From IMG/VR virus record IMGVR_UViG_3300022181_000004, positions 1-38,849 of that record: DNA of 38,849 bases. One strand, 5' to 3'. Positions 1-6,293 of this stretch are shown here, in pieces. The stretch's first letter is position 1, and each line of letters starts with the position of its first letter. Both the position numbers and the translations under genes were made by a program. The notes beneath the pieces were generated by a model. The model saw nothing but the letters and a program-made list of their open reading frames with translations, ran no database searches and was not told the DNA's origin. This stretch comes from a virus (taxonomy: Duplodnaviria > Caudoviricetes).

Positions 1-112
1 AAAGCTCCGTTGAAGAAGCCCTGATCGAAATGTATTTAGCCGGCGTTTCTGTCCGCCGGGTGGAGGACATTACGGAAGCCCTGTGGGGGACGAAGGTTTC
101 TCCCTCCACCAT
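1..112 (+). pseudogene. IS256-family transposase internal fragment, truncated
   Basis: Frame reads SSVEEALIEMYLAGVSVRRVEDITEALWGTKVSPST, a motif typical of IS256/Mutator transposases. Similarity stops abruptly at about 112. Confidence 0.8.
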
Positions 113-559
113 GAGTCTGAAGCCGAAGTGGTTCGCTCTGTCTTTGAGATGTACCTCCAAGGCAAAAGCGTGCTCGGCATTATCCGGGAGTTGGAGGCAC
201 AGGGTATCAAGTCCCCCGCCGGAAAAGATAAGTGGTGCAAGCGCAGTATTGACACAATGCTAAGTAATGAAAAGTATTGCGGTGATGTGCTGATGTTCAA
301 AACATACAATACCGGTTATCCCCAGGCCAAACGGCATGTCAATAACGGAGAGAAGGATCAGTTCATCTCGATTGGCAATCACCCGGCGATCGTCTCCAAG
401 GAAACCTTTTCAGCGGTCCAGGCGGAAAAGGAACGTCGCAGCAATGTCGTTAAAGCCGAAAGCGGCAGCAGCAGAAAGCCAACACATTATAGCGCTAAAC
501 GGGACAGCAGGCAGACTGGCGCAAATAATACAGGTGAAAACTCAACCAATGAAATCTAG
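110..559 (+). pseudogene. C-terminal recombinase DNA-binding domain of a large serine recombinase, 5'-truncated
   Basis: EAEVVRSVFEMYLQGKS..I..EL...GI.SP.GK..W....I..MLSNEKYCG...HPAIVSKETF..VQ is the Recombinase-domain signature. No catalytic resolvase domain lies upstream. Confidence 0.8.
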
Positions 560-762
560 CCTAATGATATCTTAAAATTTCTTCAATTTATTCAGAGTAG
601 GCTATTTTATTGTTTAGTTCCTCTCCTTACAGGGACAAGCAATACGCTAGATTAAATTCCCTGCTATACCTATACCTGTGAACGATTTATCAAAAGATTG
701 AACGTTTCCTGTGCCCGGTTTCACTTTTCCCACTTTTCTCCACAAATGCCTAAAAATAACGT

Positions 763-799
763 AAAAAGCTGTCGGGCCTTGCTTCCGGACAGCTTTTTT
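763..799. terminator. Probable bidirectional intrinsic terminator
   Basis: AAAAAGCTGTC(763-773)...GACAGCTTTTT(788-798) inverted repeat with A/T runs on both sides. Confidence 0.6.
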
Positions 800-855
800 G
801 CGAACATATTATGAGGGAAAAGTCCTGCATAGCGGGTCCTTAGAATGAAAATAAG

Positions 856-886
856 GTAGCTTGCCATTGTATCAATGACAAGCTAC
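856..886 (-). terminator. Hairpin immediately downstream of the tmRNA 3' fragment
   Basis: GTAGCTTGCCATTG-tat-CAATGACAAGCTAC, a 14-bp stem with one mismatch, 5 nt past the CCA end on the minus strand. Confidence 0.5.
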
Positions 887-891
887 GATAG

Positions 892-919
892 TGGTGGAGC
901 TGAGGGGAGTCGAACCCCG
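892..919 (-). other. Prophage attachment core: displaced 3' end of tmRNA (ssrA), or possibly tRNA-Ala
   Basis: Minus strand reads CGGGGTTCGACTCCCCTCAGCTCCACCA: a T-arm plus Ala-type acceptor strand ending in CCA. No 5' part of the RNA gene is adjacent, and it sits at the end of the phage gene block. Confidence 0.85.
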
Positions 920-1003
920 ATATAATAAACACCAAGTGTCGCTAGCTGGTATTATGTTAATTAGAATACCACAGTTTAAGCAAAAAAACCACCATTTAAT
1001 TAA

Positions 1004-1025
1004 AAAGTGGGTACAAAGTGGGTAC
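1004..1025. repeat. Tandem 11-bp direct repeat, candidate integrase arm-type sites
   Basis: AAAGTGGGTAC twice (1004-1014, 1015-1025), about 85 bp inside the att core. Confidence 0.55.
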
Positions 1026-1249
1026 TGACAAAGTTGGTTAGTGATCGCAGTCCGCAATACCCATAGCAAAGTTGATTTTAAAAATTTGGCAGGACAAATT
1101 ATAGCCGGTAACTACATTTAGTCTACGATATATCGTCATTGAGTCGGCATTAGCTCGGCACTAACTCAAAACCGGGATATACGGAATTTACAAAAACGAC
1201 AAGAATAACGCGGTAACTTCGACCGAATAGAACAGGGTTGCGGGACGCA

Positions 1250-1459
1250 TCACATAATGGATGCGATGATTCTGCCCATCGTTGCGAGTGCCAAGCCAAT
1301 GCAAACAAGCGTTGCTGCCACCTGTAATATTTTGGCAAAATTGCCTTTGCCGACTGCCGACAGCAGCGAAGCCCCCACCCAGCTGCCGATGCCAATGCCA
1401 ACAATCTGGAGTATCACCGCACCGTCCCCGGAAAAAGCAATTTTTAGTAGTTCGTTCAT
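1250..1459 (-). CDS. SpoIIIAC/SpoIIIAD-like small two-TM membrane protein
   Basis: VILQIVGIGIGSWVGASLLSAVGKGNFAKILQVAATLVCIGLAL follows the AC/AD pattern as recalled (I.I.G(I/V)...L...GK/GQ..A..., two hydrophobic helices). RBS AAGGGGG; abuts the upstream stop. Confidence 0.65.
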   Translation of the reverse strand: MNELLKIAFSGDGAVILQIVGIGIGSWVGASLLSAVGKGNFAKILQVAATLVCIGLALATMGRIIASIM

Positions 1460-1678
1460 TTAATTTACCCCCTTCGAAAAGAAGTCTTGTATGCCCTGGA
1501 GACGCAGATCTATCCACTCTATCCATCCGCACACTATGCCAATAATCATGAATAGCGCAATACCCCAGGAACAAATTTTAATGATGCTGCCTAGTTGCTT
1601 TTGCCCCATTACCTGCATCAAAAGCTGGAACACATAGCCGACTATCACAATTACGATAACCTGCACTATCGTATCCAT
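1460..1678 (-). CDS. SpoIIIAC-like small two-TM membrane protein (72 aa, start MDTIVQ)
   Basis: RBS GAGGTG before ATG 1678. Two hydrophobic helices linked by LMQVMGQKQLG, resembling the SpoIIIAC ILDQMGKKEYA linker as recalled. Confidence 0.55.
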   Translation of the reverse strand: MDTIVQVIVIVIVGYVFQLLMQVMGQKQLGSIIKICSWGIALFMIIGIVCGWIEWIDLRLQGIQDFFSKGVN

Positions 1679-2325
1679 CTGGCAGTCACCTCGCTTATCA
1701 TTTCTGGCAGATGGTAGACTTTGAAAGTCAGGCCGTTGCGGTTCTCGCTGGCTATAAGCCGTTCCACCAACCGACAGCGGCTGGCTTCTTCGCAAACACA
1801 GAGGATGGACGGAAATTTTTTTGCCGTCTGCACCCAGCTTTCGGACTCCCAAATATTTGATTCATACAGATCATTGTACTTCACGATTTTGTCAAAGGTG
1901 TTCTTGCTTCGATCAACCTCGACAAAGGAATATTCTACCTGCCCGGTGAACTTATTAGACAAGCCAAAAAAAGCGTCGGCGCGGACAAACTTATAGTCCT
2001 TTTCATCCTCCCAACGATAAATGGTCTGCCACGACTGCAATCCGTTGAGAGTGTGGATGTAAACCCAGTTTACGGCTATTAGGTGCTCCAATCTGCCGCT
2101 TTTTTGGCTTGTATAATATGCGTAGCTTCGATCAGTTGAGGTATAACATCGCTTTAGGAGTTTCAGATCATGCAGCCGCTTCAATCGTTGGGCTGCTTTT
2201 TTGTCCCCATAAGCAAAGGGGAAATGCAGTGCGGCAACCTGCGCAGAAGTCAGCACCCCCAGCCGCTCGATGTCCCGCAAGATATCCTTATCGCGCTGGC
2301 AGCCTTTTTGTACGTTGTTCATCAT
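1666..2325 (-). CDS. Replication-relaxation family protein
   Basis: N-terminal winged-helix pattern RDKDIL..IERLGVLTSAQVAALHF...AAQRLKRL, then H.IAVN, ADAFF and FVEVDR...KIVKY (PD-(D/E)xK-like core). Overlaps the FtsK gene end. Confidence 0.8.
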   Translation of the reverse strand: MMNNVQKGCQRDKDILRDIERLGVLTSAQVAALHFPFAYGDKKAAQRLKRLHDLKLLKRCYTSTDRSYAYYTSQKSGRLEHLIAVNWVYIHTLNGLQSWQTIYRWEDEKDYKFVRADAFFGLSNKFTGQVEYSFVEVDRSKNTFDKIVKYNDLYESNIWESESWVQTAKKFPSILCVCEEASRCRLVERLIASENRNGLTFKVYHLPEMISEVTARWIR

Positions 2326-3448
2326 ACCACCCCCTTCTAATGGTCATCCGTTTTAGGTTTGCTTCGCATTGCTTCACTGACATATACATGCTTTGCACGA
2401 TCTCTTCTCCTTCCCACTTAAACACCGCTCTGCCGGGGATGTTCTTAGCGATCTTATCGGCGGTTGATGAGCCCAGCACTATACGGCTGTTGGTATCATC
2501 TGCTACGGAAAAACATAGTCTGGCTGGCAGCAAAGCGCGTGTCTTGGCAAAGTCTTTATATAGAGTTGCGTCTGGACGCTGTGTAGACAGAACCAGATGG
2601 ATTCCTGCTGCACGGGATAGCCGCGCCAAACGATTAAGAGCGGTTTGCGCGTCCTTGTCGTCCAGCTCGGCCAACTCGTCAACCACCAGCACTATATAGG
2701 GCATATCTCCATTATACTCTGATATGTTGCGGCATCCAGCATCACGAAGGATAAAGAGCCGCCGGTCTAGTTCGCGGTTGAGGTATGCCAGCAGCCGGGC
2801 AGCTTCGCGTTCATCATCTACGATCAGGCAGTGTTCAGCAAGATAAAAATACTCCAGCCGCTTTAAGTCGATTACCGCCACCCGGATATTGCCCTTCTCG
2901 TTGTTCTTCTCCAGCAACCCTGCGATCATGATATGCAGGAAGGTTGATTTCCCGCCACCAGTCTGCCCCGCAACCATCATGTGCGGGAAGCTGGCCAGAT
3001 CGTATTGCAATGCCTTGCCGCGATGGTCTACGCCGGGGAAGATCGGCAGATGCATCTCATTTTTTTGATAGGCAAAGGGCGCAATTTTAGGTAGCTCTGC
3101 CGTGTGAATATCCATCGTGAGGGTATTTCCCTTATTGGCCAGAAATATCTGCCCCTGCGCCTGTTCCTCAAGGTACTGGAGCCTATTTTCGATCTCCTTC
3201 CGGCTGATTCCGGCCGGCAAGTTGAAGATTAGTCGCGCCCCGTAGTCTGTCTTAATATCCTTGATCAGTAATGGTTTCAGTCCGGCCTTATTCGTCAGTT
3301 CCAACGCGTCAATGGTGTCCATGATGCGCGCCGCGATGGTGTGGTCTTTGATGATCTCCAACTCCCCTATCTTCAGCGGCGGTCGATGCCGCCAGCCAGA
3401 CTTGAGGGCATCAACGATTGGCGTCAGCAGGTCTTCTTCTTGCTTCAT
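2288..3448 (-). CDS. FtsK/SpoIIIE-family ATPase without evident TM segments
   Basis: PHMMVAGQTGGGKS (Walker A), IDLK, YIVLVVDELA (Walker B), RAAGIHLVLSTQRP, PGRA. Confidence 0.92.
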   Translation of the reverse strand: MKQEEDLLTPIVDALKSGWRHRPPLKIGELEIIKDHTIAARIMDTIDALELTNKAGLKPLLIKDIKTDYGARLIFNLPAGISRKEIENRLQYLEEQAQGQIFLANKGNTLTMDIHTAELPKIAPFAYQKNEMHLPIFPGVDHRGKALQYDLASFPHMMVAGQTGGGKSTFLHIMIAGLLEKNNEKGNIRVAVIDLKRLEYFYLAEHCLIVDDEREAARLLAYLNRELDRRLFILRDAGCRNISEYNGDMPYIVLVVDELAELDDKDAQTALNRLARLSRAAGIHLVLSTQRPDATLYKDFAKTRALLPARLCFSVADDTNSRIVLGSSTADKIAKNIPGRAVFKWEGEEIVQSMYMSVKQCEANLKRMTIRRGWYDEQRTKRLPAR

Positions 3449-3572
3449 TCTCTCTCTCCTTCCGCATTTCTCGCCTGATCATGTCCTTGATTATTGCTGT
3501 GGGGCTGCTGAATTGCTGTAGCCAATTATAAATGTCAACCTCGTTGCGTTTAAAAGATAAGTTTATCGCCAT
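3411..3572 (-). CDS. Small ribbon-helix-helix-like protein (53 aa, not in ORF track)
   Basis: Strong RBS GGAGGTGGAGG. MAINLSFKRNEVDIYNWLQQFSSPTAIIKDMIRREMRKERENEARRRPADANR has a beta-strand then two helices pattern; overlaps the FtsK start. Confidence 0.65.
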   Translation of the reverse strand: MAINLSFKRNEVDIYNWLQQFSSPTAIIKDMIRREMRKERENEARRRPADANR

Positions 3573-3607
3573 ACGCAAGCCCTCCACCTCCTCTTTTTGG
3601 GTAGTTC

Positions 3608-3636
3608 AGAATATGCCCAAGAGGATGGAAATATGC
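3608..3636 (-). promoter_or_regulatory. sigmaE-like sporulation promoter
   Basis: Minus strand GCATATTT-ccatcctcttggg-CATATTCT, i.e. ATA-N16-CATAnnnT, matching the sigmaE consensus. The -10 box lies 35 nt upstream of the RHH-like ATG. Confidence 0.65.
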
Positions 3637-3657
3637 GAGAATTTGCGCCACGCAAAT

Positions 3658-3690
3658 AAAAAGCCGCCCCCAGGAGTTATCCCAGGGGCG
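3658..3690 (-). terminator. Intrinsic terminator insulating the FtsK operon from upstream transcription
   Basis: Minus strand CCGCCCCTGGGA-taac-TCCTGGGGGCGG followed by CTTTTTT. Confidence 0.65.
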
Positions 3691-3703
3691 GAGAGAGAGG
3701 AGG

Positions 3704-3816
3704 CTTGCCGGGTGAAAAAGTAAGCCCCGGCAAGAGTGATATTCATTATTATTTGTTCCATATATGGAACAACGGCAGCGCGCCCGCCTCTTATCGCCGT
3801 ATCAGCAAACTGCCGT
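3704..3816. repeat. Cluster of inverted repeats including a perfect 20-bp palindrome
   Basis: CTTGCCGGG/CCCGGCAAG (3704-3734), TTGTTCCATATATGGAACAA (3753-3772), ACGGCAG/CTGCCGT (3772-3816). Confidence 0.75.
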
Positions 3817-3882
3817 ACCGGCCCGCCCTGCGCCGCCCTATTTGTTATTGTGATGGGACCACTAAACCACAAAAAATATGCT

Positions 3883-3911
3883 TTGACAGGTCCAATGCAT
3901 TGTGTTAAAAT
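3883..3911 (+). promoter_or_regulatory. Near-consensus sigmaA promoter for the P63C gene
   Basis: TTGACA-17 nt-TAAAAT with an extended -10 TG. Confidence 0.75.
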
Positions 3912-3936
3912 TATCATATAAACAACGAGGACCACA

Positions 3937-4851
3937 ATGAAAAAGGAGGACAAAATGAACAACGTCCAGCATATGCCAAAGGCTACGCACAGCGGGGACT
4001 GGGTCATTGATGCCGAAGCAAATATCAAAGTGCAATGCTATGTCATGGACAACGGGGAACGTGTTTTATCGCTTCGCGCTTCTTCTCGCGCAATGGGACT
4101 TGTTGGAGCAGGTAGCACGGCATTGGTCCGCAATCTTAATTCCAAATGGATATCCCCTTATTTGTCGGCGGGATTGAGGGATTGGATGTACCACGCTTCA
4201 CGGAACGAGTTGCCAGATTATATAACGGATACCGGACAAAAATTCACCCCACTCGAAGCCTCATTATTTATTGATGTTTGCAAAGCATATGTGGATGCAT
4301 TGCATGACGGTGCAATTTCCGGTAAACAAGAAGATATTGCCCACAGAATGTTTGCAATTATGACGGCGTTCGCAAAAGTTGGGCTTGTTGCGATTATCGA
4401 TGAAGTTACCGGCTATCAAGATGATAGAGACAGAGCCGAGCTTCAGCTTATCTTATCCCAATATATCAGCGAAGAACTTATGCCATGGACCAAGCGTTTC
4501 CCGGACGAGTTTTATAAGCAAATGTTTCGGCTAAAAGGATGGGAATACAAAGGAAAGCCCAAATCGCCATACGCCGGTAGACTTACGGACGAATATATAT
4601 ATAAGTATCTGCCAGATGGTGTTTTGAAGGAACTCCAGTCAAAGAACCCAAGGGATTCCGCGACAAGAAACAGAAAGCACCGTCATCATCAATATCTGAC
4701 AATTAATACGGGAGCAAAGCACCTAGACAACCAACTTCAGCAGACAATGGCGCTTATGAAGGCTTCTGATTCCTGGAAAGAATTTGATAGGCTTTTTAAA
4801 AAGGCCATGGGAAAACCATATCAAACCGCATTAGATTTTGATGGTGATTAA
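3937..4851 (+). CDS. P63C domain protein (moron on the opposite strand)
   Basis: GLVAIIDEVTGYQ..R....LQ.IL..YISEEL.PW.KRFPDEFYKQMFRLKGW...IY..LP.GVL.EL..KNP...HHQYLT, the Mx8 p63 C-terminal-like signature. True start may be ATG 3955 (AGGAGG RBS). Confidence 0.85.
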   Translation: MKKEDKMNNVQHMPKATHSGDWVIDAEANIKVQCYVMDNGERVLSLRASSRAMGLVGAGSTALVRNLNSKWISPYLSAGLRDWMYHASRNELPDYITDTGQKFTPLEASLFIDVCKAYVDALHDGAISGKQEDIAHRMFAIMTAFAKVGLVAIIDEVTGYQDDRDRAELQLILSQYISEELMPWTKRFPDEFYKQMFRLKGWEYKGKPKSPYAGRLTDEYIYKYLPDGVLKELQSKNPRDSATRNRKHRHHQYLTINTGAKHLDNQLQQTMALMKASDSWKEFDRLFKKAMGKPYQTALDFDGD

Positions 4852-4865
4852 AATAATAGCACGTT

Positions 4866-4897
4866 GTGGAGGCAGAACTTTGCTGCCTCCACTTTTT
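4866..4897 (+). terminator. Intrinsic terminator between the convergent P63C and lysin genes
   Basis: GTGGAGGCAG-N7-CTGCCTCCAC-TTTTT. Confidence 0.8.
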
Positions 4898-5540
4898 ACT
4901 TGTAGGCCAGGTTCATGGTCGGATTCTGTCCGTCCCAATCGATCTTCACAGGTAACAGCTTTTCAATATCCCGCAGCTTAATATAATTAGCCCCGTCCAC
5001 GTTGACGGCCTCAACCTCGATAAGATTGCCGGTATCCAGACTCTTAACCTTAACGATTTTGATTTCCACGTCTTCTTCCTCCCCTTCATATTTCGGCAGG
5101 CCGTAACCCAATACGCCCGATACCGCGTTCCGCTTCTTCCGCTCCACCGCCCCGCCGTTGGTCTGGCTGACGCTGGAGGTGTTGCCCTCTATCGTGCTGA
5201 TCATGCCGCCGCTGTAGCTGGTAACGATGCCCACATGATCAGCTGTGCCATTGCCGTTGAAGTCATAGAACACGATATCCCCCGGCTGAGGCGTGTAGCC
5301 CTTCGCGGACCGGAAGCGGCCCTGCTTCTTGTAGAAATCAACCCCATGCGGGACGTAGGAGAATTTAGGGATAATCCCGTTATTTATTCCCGTTTGGGCC
5401 GCGCACCAGGAAAGGAAGATAGCGCACCAGGCTACCTCGTCCGCACCGTACCATACGCCGAACTTGTTTGAGCCATTGGCGGCTTGCTTGTACCCTACTT
5501 CCTTCGCAGCAATCGTTAGGATTTTCTCTTTTTGCGTCAT
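4896..5540 (-). CDS. Endolysin with CHAP domain and a short C-terminal domain
   Basis: AWCAIFLSWC, PGDIVFYDF, DHVGIV, TIEGNT (CHAP Cys/His motifs); follows the holin genes. Confidence 0.9.
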   Translation of the reverse strand: MTQKEKILTIAAKEVGYKQAANGSNKFGVWYGADEVAWCAIFLSWCAAQTGINNGIIPKFSYVPHGVDFYKKQGRFRSAKGYTPQPGDIVFYDFNGNGTADHVGIVTSYSGGMISTIEGNTSSVSQTNGGAVERKKRNAVSGVLGYGLPKYEGEEEDVEIKIVKVKSLDTGNLIEVEAVNVDGANYIKLRDIEKLLPVKIDWDGQNPTMNLAYK

Positions 5541-5635
5541 ATGTTACTTTCACCTCATTTTCTGCCCATATAAAACCCTTCGCCCCCTCTTTTTCGTGGC
5601 TCAGAGGGGCTTATATTAGGCCACTAAAATCGCAG

Positions 5636-6031
5636 CTACACTATAAGATTACTCTTTTGCGCCAAAGTAGCCGCCTCGATTTTGCTTGTAAGCCAAATCT
5701 CTACGTCCCCGACGATTTCCGGCAAAGCCTGTAACGCCGCCACCCCCATTATTTCCTGTGCTTTTAGTTTTGCCAATCTCAGAGCCTCTTTTGCCGATTC
5801 CTCGGTCCATTCACCGTTTTTCTTGAGCGTTAAAACAAATGTCTGCATGACCTCCGCTACGGCGGTTGTTACAGCGTCATTCGCCATGTCGAAGTATCGC
5901 TGTAAATTTTCGTTATGCACTTTCTCTTTGAAGTACGCCGAGATTCCCCGACCTGCTGCCACGATAAGCGGTATAATAACCGATGTTATCAGCACGGGTA
6001 ACGCGATGTTCAGAATTTCAGAAACAGACAT
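5636..6031 (-). CDS. Probable holin (LL-H-like)
   Basis: N-terminal TM helix, AVTTAVAEVMQT...K..A....IEAA pattern, directly upstream of the lysin. Confidence 0.65.
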   Translation of the reverse strand: MSVSEILNIALPVLITSVIIPLIVAAGRGISAYFKEKVHNENLQRYFDMANDAVTTAVAEVMQTFVLTLKKNGEWTEESAKEALRLAKLKAQEIMGVAALQALPEIVGDVEIWLTSKIEAATLAQKSNLIV

Positions 6032-6038
6032 ATGTACC

Positions 6039-6272
6039 TTACCTTTCCGCCGCCTTCAGCGGCACTTCACGCGGCAGCACATCTTCCAGATCTTCCAGCC
6101 GCCGCCCGTGGGACTTGATGTCCCGCTCTGCTATCGCCATCCGCTCGATCAAACAGTTATGCTTGTCCATCTTCTTTTCCAAGGCACTGATGCGCCACAT
6201 GGCAGCTCCCCAGGTGGCGGCCAACCCGATCAGGTAGACCACGATATCCCCGCTTAACTGCATTTCTCCCAT
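6039..6272 (-). CDS. Small membrane protein, XhlA/holin-like
   Basis: One TM helix plus WRISALEKKMDKHN.LIERM coiled coil, within the lysis module. Confidence 0.6.
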   Translation of the reverse strand: MGEMQLSGDIVVYLIGLAATWGAAMWRISALEKKMDKHNCLIERMAIAERDIKSHGRRLEDLEDVLPREVPLKAAER

Positions 6273-6293
6273 CTTCCCGCCTCCATCATTTTC

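Noticed and set aside
30-263. 77-aa ORF as a real gene
   Set aside because: It is a chimera of a transposase fragment and out-of-frame recombinase sequence.
892-919. Complete tRNA or tmRNA gene
   Set aside because: Only the T-arm and 3' acceptor strand are present; the adjacent sequence cannot supply the 5' half.
1125-1167. 12-bp palindrome ACGATATATCGT and an imperfect TCGGCA repeat
   Set aside because: Too short to distinguish from chance without comparative data, though they could belong to the att arm.
2288-3448. Type VII secretion EssC or a full conjugative ICE
   Set aside because: There is a single ATPase domain, and no WXG100, VirB4, VirB6 or conjugative hydrolase genes nearby.
3753-3772. 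LexA/SOS box
   Set aside because: Half-sites are in GTTC...GAAC order, the reverse of the Firmicutes GAAC-N4-GTTC box.
3606-4028. 140-aa minus-strand ORF
   Set aside because: It overlaps the P63C start, its promoter and the hairpin cluster, and has no recognisable motif.
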